Assembly: GCF_006345805.1 (NCBI RefSeq)
Contig: NC_043000.1
Span: 5,890,001 to 5,954,000, forward strand
Length of the DNA stretch: 64,000 nucleotides
Direction: 5' to 3'
Source: Octopus sinensis
Taxonomy: Eukaryota
Part shown: positions 35,116 through 48,693 of the stretch, piece after piece
How positions within the stretch are numbered: the first letter of the stretch is position 1
How the letters are laid out: each line of letters opens with the position of its first letter
Notes under the pieces: generated by a model
The model's input: the letters and a program-made list of their open reading frames with translations, nothing else
What the model was told of the DNA's origin: nothing
Databases searched by the model: none
Position numbers and translations under genes: made by a program

Positions 35116-36334
35116 TTAAATTGTAGCAGCATAGAAGGTATGTAGGAAAACATGTCCTACACTAACAAGAGAAGCAAGGTAAATAGGCAGAGATGCAGAG
35201 TTTCACTTAACCTCTCCAACCAAACATATGTTTCATCTGTGAAGGATCTACAAATCATGATTTCTAGATTCACTGCAAAAGCATGTATGTTTGTGTGCAT
35301 CTATCTGTGTGTGTACCAGGGTGTTTTTGTGTGTATGACTGCTATATCCCAAGGGTCTGCTTGTTACCACCTGAGTAAAATGGTGGTAAAATGATTACAT
35401 TTTTGATTAATGTTTTCTGTTGACTGTCTATGCTGTATGTATGTGTTGGACGGATTGCCCTGATTGGAGTCAGCATAAATTCAATTATGGGTAGAAGGAT
35501 CCCATCTTGCGTGTTTCACTTTTGGCTTGGTTTCTATGGCTGGATGTCCCTCCTAACACCAATGACTTAAGTGTATGTATTGAGTGCATTTTTTGTGACA
35601 TTGCTATAGAAGTTGCAATGCGCATGACATAACTGAAGGAGACTCATGACCCCATGTGTCCCCTTGTTTGCCAGCTTCTTTGCAGAGTATGATAGTGTCA
35701 TAGGAGGGATGTTGATCAGGAATGAATGACAGGAATACTCAGTACTCTGAGATCATCATCATCATCATCATCATCCTGACCATCATTGTTTAACATCCAC
35801 GTTTAACATCAAAATAAAAATCAAATGGAAACTGTGGTTGTGGTACTCGTGCCAGTGGCATGTAAAAATCACCCACTACACTCACGGAGTGGTTGGCATT
35901 AGGAAGGGCGTCCAGCCGTGGAAACACTGCCAGATCAGACTGTAGCCTGGTCTAGCCTCCTGGCTTCCCGGACCCCGGTCGAACCATCCAACCCATGCTA
36001 GCATGGAAAACGGACGTTAAATGATGATGATGATGTTGTTTCCATGCTTGAATGACGAAATTTGTTGAGGCAGCTTTTCTACGACCAGATGCGCTTCCTG
36101 TTGCCAACCCTCACCTGTTTCTGTGTAAGGTAATATTTCCCTTGACCAGGTATGTTTTCATGGAAGATTGGAAACAAAGGGCACCACTTGCATAACAGTG
36201 ACATTTGTTAACTTGCAACAGAGGAAATCAAGGCAAGGAAATAATAATTCAAACACACACACATATATACATGTGTGTATGTATATATACATATATATAC
36301 ATACATATATTTGTTGATTCGCCACGATATATCG

Positions 36335-36493
36335 CTAGCCACTACACATTCTTTATTTTCTCTCTGCGTTTCTTTCTGTGGAAAAGCGTAGTCTCGAAAT
36401 GTTAAAGACTTTTTCCTTTCCCGAGCGTTATACTAATACATCTGTTTGTTGTCTACACCACATGTCTTCGTCTTTTGTTTTTTTGTGAATTCT

Positions 36494-36500
<7 letters not shown>
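36335..36500 (+). mobile_element. Copy of the (TA)n-flanked Penelope-like family with degenerate hammerhead
   Basis: agccactacacattc...ctttctgtggaaaagcgtagtctcgaaatgttaaagac...ctccctatatat aligns with 4285-4460. Confidence 0.5.
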
Positions 36501-36551
<51 letters not shown>

Positions 36552-36984
36552 ATATGTATGTATATATATGTGTATATAGAGACATAGAGAGAGGGAGAAG
36601 GGCAGTTAAAAAACTTTATCTCCAGTCGTGTTGAATTATCGATGTTTAAATAAAACATTGACAATTCTTTTTGATACAAAATGATATAAGGTGGGCGAAA
36701 TGAATTCATTCTATTTTAAAGTTTAGCGTGGTTAATACAGGAGAATTGTTGATGTTTTATTTAAACATTGATCATTCAACACACATGGAGATAAAGTTTT
36801 TAAAGTGCTCTTCTCCCTCTCTCTATGTCTCTTCTCTCTCTCTCTCTATATATATATATATACATATACATAACTTGCCGCTATCGGCCCAATGGCAAGT
36901 TAGAAGCGTGTTGAACTGTGAATGAAGAAACATGACTTCTTTCTCTTTAACTATTTTATTGAAATATGTGAAATATGTGTCCGA

Positions 36985-37402
36985 GCGTGATCGTTGCCAG
37001 AGCAACAAAGTGGCTTCCGTACTGGTGGCACATAAAAAGCACCATTCGAGCGTGATTGTTACCTGCGTCACCTTACTGACACTTGTACTGGTGGCATGTG
37101 CAAAGACATTCGCACGAGGTCGCTACCAGTGTCGCTGGACTGGCTCCTGTGTAGGTGGCACATAAAAAGCACCATTTGAGTATGGCCATTGCCAGTACCA
37201 CCTGACTGGCCCTCGCGCCAGTGGCACATAAAAGCACCCACTACACTCTCGGAGTGGTTGGTGTTAGGAAGGGCATCCAGCTGTAGAAACTCTGCTAGAT
37301 CAGATTGGAGCCTGGTGCAGCCATCTGGTTCACCAGACCTCAGTCAAATCATCCAACCCATGCTGGCATGGAAAGTGGACGTTAAATGATGATGGTGATG
37401 AT
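36985..37402 (+). mobile_element. RTE 3' tail fragment with repeated gtggcacataaaaagcacc motifs
   Basis: Conserved tail and gat-rich end. Confidence 0.75.
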
Positions 37403-37934
37403 ATATATATGTATGTATGACAGGCTTCTTCAGTTTCCATCAGCCAAGTCCACTCACAAGTCTTTGGTTGGTTCAGGGCTATTGTAGAAGACACTTTCTT
37501 AAGGTGCCATGCAGTGGGACTGAACTTGACACATGTGGTTGGGAAGCAAACTTCTTCATAACACAACCACCCCTGCAACTATTAAGAAATATGTATGAAT
37601 ATTGAAGGCATCATAACCAACAGGACCGCAGAAGGATAGAATGCAATTTGATCCAGGAGATAGAACGGTGACCCAGGATGTGTGGGAGTATAAAGAAGGA
37701 AGAGTCTGATGGTAGGCAGTGAAATATGGAGTGATGACAAGCAAAACAGGGAGGCAGGGTGAAGGTAGAGTGTACCGGACGGACGTAGCTCATCTTATGC
37801 GATCTCCTGTACATAGACTTCAAGATATGCAGGAAGTTGGAGTGATGAGGGTGATGGTTGGGAGAATAGAATGTAGGTGGGTCCTGTACTAATGAATGGT
37901 ACAAATGATGGTGGTGGGGGTTGGGCGCATGGTA

Positions 37935-38830
37935 GAGATAAGAGTATCAGGGAAGTGAGTGATAAGGAAATGAGCTGGTAACAAGTTGTAAAGGCAGTGG
38001 TACATACCATAGCAGTGTATGCCGCTGCTACTATGGCCTGTGATTCACCATGCTTTCTCCCACATCTTCTTGGTTCCTGGCTCTACCCCTTCCACACGTT
38101 CCCTCCACAATTAGAGAATGGCACTCCTCCTTGATGCAGCTCTCCTCATTTATACACAGTGCAGTCTTCTCTCTTGCATGCAACATCTGATGCCTCGTAT
38201 GCCCAATCTTTCTCTTAAATCGTTTACACTCTGTCATACAGGCACACTGGTGGAGGCGCAATGGCCCAGTGGTTAGGGCAGCGGACTCGCGCGTCATAGG
38301 ATCGCGGTTTCGATTCCCAGACCAGGCGTTGTGAGTGTTTATTGAGCGAAAGCACCTAAAAGCTCCACGAGGTTCCGGCAGAGGATGGTGGTGATCCCTG
38401 CTGTACTCTTTCACCAAAACTTTCTCTCACTCTTACTTCCTGTTTCCGTTATACCTGTATTTCAAAGGGCCGGTCTTGTCACTCTCTGTGTCACGATGAA
38501 TATCCCCGAGAACTACGTTAAGGGTGCACGTGTCTGTGGAGTGCTCAGCCACTTACACGTTAATTTCACGAGCAGGCTGTTCCGTTGATTCGGATCAACC
38601 AGAACCCTCATCGTCATAACCAACGGAGTGCTTCCACCACATGCTCACTGACATTATCCATTAAGTGGAACATGCTGGCTTCATTTCTATCAAGCCTTCT
38701 CAGGTCCTCAGTAGTCATAGCCCATGTTTCACTGTCATGCAGCACTGCTTTGTGTACACAGACATCATACAATCTGCCTTTCATTGTGAGGAAGGGGCCC
38801 TTTGTTACCAAAGAATGTAGTAGATCATGT
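37935..38830 (-). mobile_element. RTE LINE 3' fragment interrupted by a tRNA-SINE
   Basis: MKGRLYDVCVHKAVLHDSETWAMTTEDLRRLDRNEASM (38614-38811) and ESCIKEECHSLIVEGTCGRGR (~38050-38240) flank the SINE at 38252-38638. Confidence 0.8.
38252..38638 (+). mobile_element. Second tRNA-derived SINE family (family D)
   Basis: GGAGGCGCAATGGCCCAGTGG (A box) ... GGTTTCGATTCCC (B box). A similar copy lies at 60536-60845. Confidence 0.85.
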
Positions 38831-39289
38831 AGAAGTGAGACAGGATTGCCAGACAGGCCTCACTGAGATGATGAAGGACCAAGACTTCTGAAGGAGCCTC
38901 ATGAGAAGACATGTCAAGCTAAGTAAAACTGTGGCCATCCATGCATACAGGCAGGCCCTTTACAGCCTGTGCCGGCACCACATCGTAATCGCTCATGCTA
39001 GTGCCATTTAAGAAGCACTTGTACTGACACCGTGTCACAAGTACTCATGCCGATGTCACATAAAAAGCACTGATGCTGGTATCATGTAAGGGTATTCGTG
39101 CTGGTGCCATGTAAAAGTACCCATGCTGGTGCCAGTACACTCTGTAAAGTGATTGGCATTAAGAAAAGCATCCAACTGTTGAAACCATACCAAAACAGAC
39201 AATTGGAGCCAAGGCTGCTCTCTGTCAAAGCATCCAACCCATGCCAGCATAGAAAACAAACGTTAAATGATGATCATGATGATGATTGT

Positions 39290-39860
39290 CATGATGCTTG
39301 TATTACTTGCTTCTTGGACATTCTCTGGTTGGTTCTCCTTCAGCACTGTGAAACACCAGTCACCACTTTCTCTTGTCATCTCCACTATGAGATGCAACAT
39401 CTTGAGATCAGTTTTCACCACTTTGTCCCAAGTCTTTCTTAGTCTATTTCTTCCACCTGTACCGTTTACCTTGTGTTCGTGACACATCTTTATGTAGCTG
39501 CCATCCTCAATATATATTGTGTGTCTGTACCATTACAGTCTTCTCTCCTGTATTCTGCATTTTATTCTCCCTATATCATATATTTTTCTCAGCTCTTTCA
39601 TACCTGCTCAAGGCCCAAGCCCTCCTACCATGCAGCATTGTAATTCACTCATGCATGTCATATAATCTGCCCTTTACCCTTAGAATAAAGCCCTTTGTTT
39701 TCAATAAAGGTAATAGTTCCATGTACTTTTTCAAACCCCTTCATACTCTGGTTAGTATGCTCTTTGAACACCCACTGCCACTGCTAATTAGATCACCTAG
39801 GTAGCAAACTAACAACTACTTCTGGAGAGCATTCTGGCTGTTCAATAGTGACTGTTTTCT
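39290..39860 (-). mobile_element. Degenerate RTE LINE 3' ORF fragment
   Basis: Encodes KVNGTGGRNRLRKTWDKVVKTDLKMLHL..EMTRE (GRPRKTW region). Confidence 0.75.
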
Positions 39861-40136
39861 TTGGTCTCTTATATAAGTGCACAAAGGGTGTGTATTTCAC
39901 CATCATTATCATTTAACATCCATCTTCCATGCTGGCATGGGTTGGACAGTTTGACAGGAGCTGGTATGCCAGAGGATTGTGTCAGGGTCCACTGTCTACT
40001 TTGACATAGTTTTTACAGCTGGATGCCCTTCCTAAAACCCCAACTTCTCTACAGAGTAGACAGTACTTTTTACATGGCACCAGCACTGGTGAGGTCTGCT
40101 TTGGCAACATATCTATCTGTCTGTCTGTCAATCTAT

Positions 40137-40172
<36 letters not shown>

Positions 40173-40207
40173 CTCCACACACGTATACACAAACACACAC
40201 ACAAACA

Positions 40208-40243
<36 letters not shown>

Positions 40244-40699
40244 CACACACACACATTTATGTACATAGGTGTGACTGTGTGTTTAAGAAATTTGCTTTCA
40301 AATCATGGATTTGGGTTCAGCCCCATTGTGTGGCCCCTTGGGAAATAGTCCCAGGCCAACCAAAACCTTCCGAAGGATTTGGTTGATGGAAATTGAAAGA
40401 AGCCCATTGTATGTGTGTGTGTGTTGTCTTGATATTTTGACATTATGCAAAAGCTGTAAACAAGTGCCCCATGTGGAAATATTACTTTGCTTGGGAAACA
40501 GGTGAAGAGCATCCAGCCATAAAAAAAAAATATTGCCTTAGTGAATTCTGTATGACCCATTGAAGCATGGAAAAGTGGACATTAATGATGATGGCAGTGA
40601 TGATAAGGACAATGGTCACCCCCCATGCACACCCACACTGTCCATCCCATGCCAGCATGGAAAGTAGATGTCGAATGGTGATGAGGAAGATGATGATAA

Positions 40700-41895
40700 T
40701 ACACACACAGGTTTCTATCTCTGTCGCCACCCTGATTTCAATGCATGCTTTGTCACAGGTGTCTTTCTGCTGCACTGCTTATCACTAATCATTATGGTCC
40801 TTTATCATCTTCTCTGAAAGGTACAGCATCTTCAGGTCAACCCCACTCCACTTTGTTCCAAGTCATGCTTGGCCTCTCCCTTCTGTAGCTTCCATGAACT
40901 TGGAATGCATGGCACTTCCTTATGCTGTGGTCATCCTCCATACGCATCACACGCCTATACCAGCAGAACCTTCTCTCTTCTACACTATGTCTGATTCCCC
41001 TTTATATCTCGTTGTCTCTCAGCTCACTTGTACATTGGCATTCATGCACACACACATAATTTATCTCACTACCATGCAGCATCACAATTCAAATGCAAGC
41101 ATCATACAATCTGCTTTTCATTCTAAAGTGAAGCATTTTGTTACCAGCAGAGGTAATAGATAATTCCTGGAACTTTTTACAACCTGTTCATAACATGGTT
41201 ACTGTACTTTCAGAACAACTACCTCCACAACTTATCATGTCATCTAGGCAACAGAAGCTAACAACTATTTCTGGTGAGCCTCTTGGGCATTTAAGAGAAT
41301 CTGTTTCTGGCATGCTGTTAGTACTTGTTGCCCCTGTGCATCTTCTTACATACAAAGTCTGTCTCTTCTGTAGCCTGTCTGTGATTCCATTATACCTCTT
41401 GTGAGCATCCATATCTCACACTGAGTACAATAGACTGAGTTCTTACCTACTCTGTTTTTGCTTATTAAGCAAAACTATTTCCCTGAAGACCCAAGGGTCT
41501 TATCTTCTTTCCTACTTATTAACACCATAGTCTTTGCTTAGTTTACCTTGAAAGCTCTCAATTCTAGGTTTCATATCCACATCCAGAATTTCTTCACTAA
41601 TTCTATTACAGATTCAGCTATAAGAGCTAGATCATCAGTATATAGGAGTTTCTATGGGCAACCAGTCTTGATTATTGGACTGTGATGTATAAAAGAGAGC
41701 TGAAGACTGAACCTTGAGGAATCCCTACCTTTACACTAAATTCATCAGTGATTCTCACTTTACTAATTGTGCCTTTGTACATAGCTTACACATCCCTTAC
41801 AAGCCATTCCCCCACACTGTATTTCTTTAGAAAACTACCATATTCTTGATCATGGAATCCTGTCAAAGGCCTTCTCAAAGTGAACCAGAGCACTT
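40700..41895 (-). mobile_element. Degenerate RTE LINE reverse transcriptase fragment
   Basis: Minus-strand peptides, with stops and frameshifts, include EKAFDRIP, VGIPQGSVFSSLL, KLLYTDDLALIAES (YADD-type motif) and EIVVSFCCLDDMISCGGSCSES. Confidence 0.85.
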
Positions 41896-42320
41896 TACCT
41901 TTAGCTAAGTATGAAATATGTCTAAAAACATGTCAAAACTAATAAATTCGAGAACAGAAGAGAATTACAAACTGCATACCATATTCACTATAGCTGCATA
42001 AACAAAGTTAATACTATCCTCCCCCACGTACATGGAGAAATAAAAATATACATATATCTATATATATACACACATACTCAACCTATTTCAAAGCATTCTC
42101 TTATATACACAAACACAAACCAAGACAGTATAAAAACCAAACTAAAAACAATATACATATATGTTTATATATGTTTGTATGTGTGTATTAGGGTGTGCCA
42201 TTAAAAAAAAAGAAAAATTGAAATTTGAGCTGCCTTACTTTTCATATGATGACAAAAACACCAGAAATCTCCACATATAAAATATTCTGCCAGTTAATCA
42301 ATATTTAGGTCTCCTTTTAA

Positions 42321-42540
42321 CCCTTTCGTTACCAACCTGGCCAAAACCGGCTCTGGCTCTGAGTTCAAATGTCTTATTTTCATAAGTTTTGAATTAAAAT
42401 CTTCCCCCAAACCTTCATCACAATTTATGTTCCTAACACTAGCTTAATGATAACGAAGTTATTTTACTAAATTCTTTGTTATATTTAAAGTAATTGAACA
42501 AAACACAGATCATCTCAAAATGAATACAGTAAGGAAAGGG
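42321..42540. mobile_element. piggyBac-like MITE
   Basis: TTAA|CCCTTTCGTTAC...GTAAGGAAAGGG|TTAA. Sister copy at 44993-45213. Confidence 0.75.
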
Positions 42541-42937
42541 TTAAAGGTGGGCGAAAGTTTTCATTCCCCTGATGTCCGGTTTTATGAGATTTTTTTTCTC
42601 TAACTTCTCTTATAGCTGGTTTTTTTTTTTTTATATTGTTCATTGAATTTTGTGCAGAAGGAAAAGACAATTTCACTGATAAATCATAAATCCTCTTTTT
42701 GAATTATAATAGAGCCATAAACTTATAACCATGCAGTTTTTCATAAATATGGACAAAGTGTTACTGTCAACAAGAAGCATCATCTCACCAATTAGTTTCA
42801 CAGAACTAGACCCGTAAAAGCAGAATAATATATTCTGTTTCTGATGTGAGAACAAGCTTTACACCACAAAATAATCTATCACTGCAATATATAAATGATT
42901 CTTTAGAAGCAATTTGAGGTGCGTTTTCATTTTTATT

Positions 42938-43300
42938 TTACTCTTTTACTTGTTTCAGTCATTTGACTGCAGCCATGCTGGAGCACCGCCTTTAATCGAG
43001 CAACTTATTCTTTTTGTAAGCCCAGTACTTATTCTTTTTGTAAGCCCAGTACTTATTCTATCGGTCTCTTTTGCCGAACCGCTAAGTGACGGGGACATAA
43101 ACACACCAGCATCGGTTGTCAAGCAATGCTAGGGGGACAAACACAGACACACATACACATATATATATATACATATATACGACAGGCTTCTTTCAGTTTC
43201 CATCTACCAAATCCACTCACAAGGCATTGGTCGGCCTGAGGCTATAGTAGAAGCCACTTACCCAAGGTGCTGAGAAGCATGTGCTTTACCACAAAGCCAT
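42938..43300 (-). mobile_element. Family A SINE with small internal duplication (cttattctttttgtaagcccagta x2)
   Basis: Reverse complement of the family consensus. Confidence 0.8.
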
Positions 43301-44516
43301 ATCTGTGGCCACTGAATGCCATATTGAATTACTGATTTTCAGCACCGATGCTGTTCTGTGAAATATGTTCAGCGCTCAACAGTGTTTAAAATCTGATAAA
43401 GGTGGTGTTCCAGGTGGGCCAAAGAACCTATCTTTTAAATTGTTGCGCAAGAAGGTGACAAACAATGTAGTATTGTCTACAATTTGAGCTTGTGTTGTTG
43501 AAAACTAAGTTTATAAAACTTTCTCCAATGTGACATTCTTGGATTGTTTCATGAGTTGCTTTTGTCTGGATAGCACCATGTATAGCCTAGAATTTGCCAT
43601 CTTTTGCATTGGGTAAACCTGGGATGAATGCAGACAGTCTTTCTGCTGGCTCTTCTCTGGAGTCCTGTATAAGCTTTGAATTTCAGTAGATGACAAAGAA
43701 TGGTGGAGCATCACAGCTATCATTAATATTTCAGCTTTTCTTTCTCTTTCTTCTCTCTTACTGTTTTCAAATGCTTTTGGAAAACTTCAATTTTTAAGAT
43801 TTTCTCCCAAAGCTAATGCAGTGAAAGCAGCAAAAGACATCTGCTCTCCTAATGAAAAAATAAAAAAATATTTAGGTGATCACACCAAGATAACAAAGTG
43901 ATTGTATAATTTTTTGTTTTTTAGCATTTTAGGTACCATGTAGCTTTATCTAAATTCATTTTTGCTACCACATACTTTTGATGTGAAAAAAAAAAAAATG
44001 GGAAAGGAAAGGGGGATCTTCTGAAGGACCATCAATCAGATGAACTGTTTTTTTTGTTAAAATTAAGTGGCTTTATTAGACTCTCCCTAGAAAATAAGAA
44101 ATAAGCTGATTAATAACAATTTAGAATTTATTTTCCACATTTAATCTGTTGCTACAAAATTGACATTTCAGTGAATCTAATATAAATTTAGGTGTGGGAT
44201 TTGAAAATTAAAGAAGATGAAGCCAGGAATATATAAAAGTAGATTTGGTTATTCAGTGTAAGTGAAATGAATAAGTAAATACTTAAAACTAGATTATTAA
44301 GCATCATAAAGATTGATAGATTTCTGTTTCCATTTCTCGACAGCATTATTTAGTTAACTTACGAAGGTTGCATCATAGAAAATAAGCCATTTCTTATTAA
44401 AAGACATTCACATAAAAAAGAGTAATTTCAAATTGGCAATTCAATTTGAAAAATGAAAAATATGCTATTTGCAAGTTTACAGAAAAGAATTTTAGGTAAG
44501 TTACAGTTCTCTAGAT

Positions 44517-44703
44517 CAGGGTCCGCAACGTTTTTCCACTTGTGGTACACTTATGTTCTTTGCAAAATCCAGCACCACACCTGAACTAAAAATATAACTA
44601 AAAAGTATAGGGAAAAAAAATTATATTCAGGTTACACAGTGGCACACCTAGCATCGTCTCGTGGCACACCAGTGTGCCGTGACATACCAGTTGTGGAGCA
44701 CTG
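44517..44703. mobile_element. hAT (Charlie-type) MITE
   Basis: Termini CAGGGTCCGCAAC / GTTGTGGAGCACTG. 8-bp TSD ctctagat / ctcttgat. Confidence 0.65.
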
Positions 44704-44992
44704 CTCTTGATTGTGCCGATATTGCTGAAGAATTAACTGGAGCTGATACTGTGTTAATTTGATGAGCCACCTCTTTAGCATTTATATCGGCCCTGAATAT
44801 TCTGTTTTACGTTCAAACTGGCCAGATCCAGCCTTTCACACCTACTCTACAATTTTGTTATAGAAATAAATAAACACTCACAACATCAATATCGCAAAGC
44901 TATAAGATAATGCATAATCATGATTTAATCCAAGACAATGCGAATAAATAAGCATTACATTTGACTGAGTAATCTCAGTGCTAAAGTATTAA

Positions 44993-45213
44993 CCCTTTTG
45001 TTACTGACCCGGCTGAAACCAGCTCTGGTTCTGTTGTACAAATGTCTTGTTTTCGAAAGTTCTGAATTAAAATCTTCCACCAAACCTTAGTCACAGTTTA
45101 TGTTCCTAACATCAGCTTAATTATAACCAAGTTATTTTACTAAATTCTTTGTTATATGTAAAATAATTGAAAGAAACACAGAGCATCTCAAAATAAATAC
45201 AGTAACGAAATGG
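44993..45213. mobile_element. piggyBac-like MITE
   Basis: TTAA flanks. Aligns with 42321-42540. Confidence 0.7.
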
Positions 45214-45915
45214 TTAAGTCAGTGTACCTAAGGATGCAGTGTTCTCAGTATTGTTTTGTGGTTGTGAGACAAGACAGTATTTATGTATGATGGAAATATT
45301 GGGTGAGCAATATTGAAGTCAGCCATTTTGTCATTGGAAAGAGAACAATTATACTGATTGGATTATGAACTCCATATTATTACTGGCCTGATTATCCTGA
45401 GGTACCTTTTGCAAGTTCAGTTTCTGGTTTGACAGAAATAACCATCTGGATGGTCAAGCAATGGCTGTTAAACTTCATCTGTGACCTCATGCTGCTTCTT
45501 TAAGTACGTTTTTATAGCCATTTGTATTGTTGCTTTCATTTTCTTTTTCATTCACATGCTTCTTTCTCTTTCATGTTTTGAAATAATGCCATGGTAACTT
45601 CATACAGAAAGGGAAATTGTTCCATCAACAATACACCATCAAATGCTTTTATTTATATATGCTTTTGTAAAATGTCTGGTTCAACATGCAAATCAATCCA
45701 AGTCAGAATTATTAGTATATGCACTTTTGAAAAATGGAATTTTAAAAATTCTTTTGTGTGCAAACTACATTGTTTTTGCAACATTGGATAACTGAGCAAT
45801 AGGCTATTACTTACAATATTCCAGAGAAGAATCTTTTCTTTTTTTTTTATGAAAACTGAGAGGCTTTCTAATGCTTGTAAATTAGTAGGGAATGTTCTAC
45901 TGGAAAAAAGTCTGG

Positions 45916-46308
45916 GGATCTTTTCGGTTTGAACGGCAATTTTTTCTAGCAGTGTCATATGAAGTTGTCACCCATAATTATGACCCTAGTATCAATCTAT
46001 TGTATTTCAATCTGTGTTAGGGGTGGGGGGAAGGGTATCTTTTTTCTTCAGAAATGTAAATAAACCCAATCTGTTTCTTAAACGAGGGACATATTCATAT
46101 GGCACAGAATGTTTTCACCTCAATAGACGTCATTGATTGGTTGAAATTGTAGAAATTGAAGAAAAAAAAACAACAAATATCTTACAAACTATAGAATTTT
46201 CTCAATAAAGCCAAAAGAAAAAGATGTTTTATAAACACATTCTACCAGTATACAAAGTTAAAAAGTGTTTAGTTACGTGGAAATTATTTTAAAAAACCGA
46301 AAAGATCC
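45916..46308. mobile_element. MITE with 15-bp TIR and perfect 8-bp TSD (Merlin-like termini)
   Basis: TIR GGATCTTTTCGGTTT / AAACCGAAAAGATCC. TSD AAGTCTGG at 45908-45915 and 46309-46316. A related internal fragment lies at ~2325-2510. Confidence 0.8.
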
Positions 46309-46516
46309 AAGTCTGGTGCTTCATATCATTTCATAGTTAAAATGTTTTAGGATTATAATAGTTATACTTGGAAGAACAGTCTATTTGATGATCTTTTAGT
46401 AATACTGCTCAAGATTAAATCATTGGAGCAATGTTGAAAGTAAGTAGTATTTAGGAATTAGTATTGCTTTTTGGAAGTTTTTATATATATATAAAAAGTG
46501 ATATCTTATTTGCAAT

Positions 46517-46910
46517 ATCTCTATATATATAAAGCTGAAGTTGTCTGTGTGTGGCAGGTTTGGTAGCCTTCAACTAACACTATCTCCTCCGAGACCCTGC
46601 TGTGCATGTTGACCAAAATTGAAAGTATGATAGAAGAAGGCTTGCTCTTCATTCTGTAGAAGAAAAAATTCAAATTGGACCATGTTAACGCCAAAAATTA
46701 TTTACATCAAAAAGGTGCTTTTTTTCTGTGAAAATCCCTATTTTTTACGATTTTTTGACTGCTGTGTTGCCAATTTTTGGTGTATTTCAACCAGAAAAAT
46801 GTTCACTTAAAGAGAATAACAAGCTACATAATGCAAAATTTTTACTTTTCAAAAATTCCAATTCTAAAGGGTCAAAACAAACCTGAGCAACGCCGGGCAA
46901 TACTGCTAGT
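46517..46910 (-). mobile_element. Helentron/Helitron-type non-autonomous element
   Basis: Right end cctgagcaacgccgggcaatactgctagt is the reverse complement of the 20103 terminus. Left end atctctatatatataaagctgaagttgtctgtgtg. Confidence 0.65.
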
Positions 46911-47519
46911 TATCTTGTATACGTGAAACATAGTTATTTACTGGTAGAGTGAAAAACCTATAATTTTCGGAAATGGAAGAAAACTTAAAAGAAAGCTCTA
47001 AAAAGATGATAAATTTGAATCATCTGCGAATTTTCTTTTCATGAAGTACTAAGATGTATGAAGCATTCAGAAACATTTTCTTTCCTTTGACGAGAGTTAT
47101 TGAGCTGTATTTTAGCTCTTCTATAAAAGAGTCGTTTCTCTTTTGAACCTGCCAAACACACTTGGTGCATTTTATTCCCTCCTCGTTAGCAGTAACATTT
47201 TACTTATTCAAGCAATATACTGAACATTTGTCATAATCCTTCAAACTCAGAAATACATATATCTGTTTTATATGCTTTCTGTAACAAGCAAAGATATAAA
47301 TTTATCATCAAACTGCACCAACTTCACTTTGTCATCTTGATCTTCCAGTTAGGGATTTTCAAATGTCTATGGTTATTGACCTCACTTGTCAAATTAACCT
47401 TCAACACTTAAAAATACTTTATTAACTACTTTAACTTCACTCTTCACTGTCATCTTCTGACCTTCCACTTGAAGCTAGCATGTTAGTTTATGAGTACAGC
47501 TCTTTCCCTCATATTCTGC

Positions 47520-47584
<65 letters not shown>

Positions 47585-47585
<1 letters not shown>

Positions 47586-47790
47586 GTTAATCCAAACAAG
47601 AAAACACAAAAAAACACAGCAACGCGAGGACATGGAACAAATAAAGTATTATTGGACGCTCAGGAAAGAAGGGAAGGAGGGTTTAATGTTTCGAGCGGAG
47701 CTCTTCGTCTGAAACAAAGGAGAAGGAAAGATCCCGAGAAGGGAAGACAGAGGAAAAAGAATTGCTGGCGGTGCTCACGAGGTCACATGT
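47585..47790 (-). mobile_element. Related Penelope-like pLTR relic with degenerate hammerhead
   Basis: Minus strand reads GTTT-CAGACGA-AGAGC TCC GCTC-GAAA-CA-TT-AAAC, followed by cttcc..tttcctgagcgtccaataata. (TA)n on both sides. Confidence 0.5.
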
Positions 47791-47794
47791 TGAA

Positions 47795-47849
<55 letters not shown>

Positions 47850-47852
<3 letters not shown>

Positions 47853-48150
47853 TAAAATTATAATTTAGGGTATCTAAGAGATACCACCACGATTGAAATA
47901 GCAGCCAAAACTTGACTCTAAAACCACATTAAAAGTTCATACAGCAGCAGGAGAGAAGACAAAGAGACAAAATAAACTAGCAAAAAAATTACTGGATACT
48001 GAATCCAATAATTTTTTTGCTAGTTTATTTTGTCTCTTTGTCTTCTCTCCTGCTGCTGTATGAACTTTTAATGTGGTTTTAGAGTCAAGTTTTGGCTGCT
48101 ATTTCCAGCGTGGTGGTATCTCTTAGATACCCTAAATTATAATTTTAATA
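47850..48150. repeat. Long palindrome, 148-bp arms with 5-nt loop, next to (TA)n
   Basis: 47850-47997 is the reverse complement of 48003-48150 with about 3 mismatches. Confidence 0.9.
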
Positions 48151-48653
48151 ATAATTATTACCATTGAAGGTTTTTATTCCCATGCTGACCACTTGATAAG
48201 TTCGTTATTTAAATAATGATCTTATCCTTATTTATATAAATTTATAAATATATTATATGTATATCTTGTTTCAGTTATTAGACTGTGGCCATGTTGAGGC
48301 TTTGCTTTGAAGAATTTCTTTTAGTTGAATGTAGCGATGCCAGTAATTATTATTTTTTCAAATCCTGGCACTTATTCTATTGTTATCTTTTTTTGAACTG
48401 CTAAGTTACAGGGATGTAAACCCACTGACACCGGTTGTCAAGTAGTAGTGGAGGGGAGAAATACAGACACAAAGACAAATACACACACATGTTGTTGAAT
48501 GCTCAAAATGAGGAGTAGATAGACAGCCGACAACTGATGAAGGGTCCTTTCTCTGTGTTTACTTGTCCCGTTTTCCATTTTTTCTCTCGTTGTTTATGTA
48601 TTTCATGTTGTTTGCACAGTTGGTGATGTCTTGTACCCATATATATATGTATG

Positions 48654-48693
<40 letters not shown>

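Noticed and set aside
36990-37245. CRISPR-like pattern: GTGGCACATAAAAAGCACC repeats separated by different sequences (also 6670-6890, 38990-39140, 11880-12270)
   Set aside because: Repeats are degenerate, spacers are homologous modules of an RTE 3' UTR found in many copies, there are no cas genes, and the context is eukaryotic.
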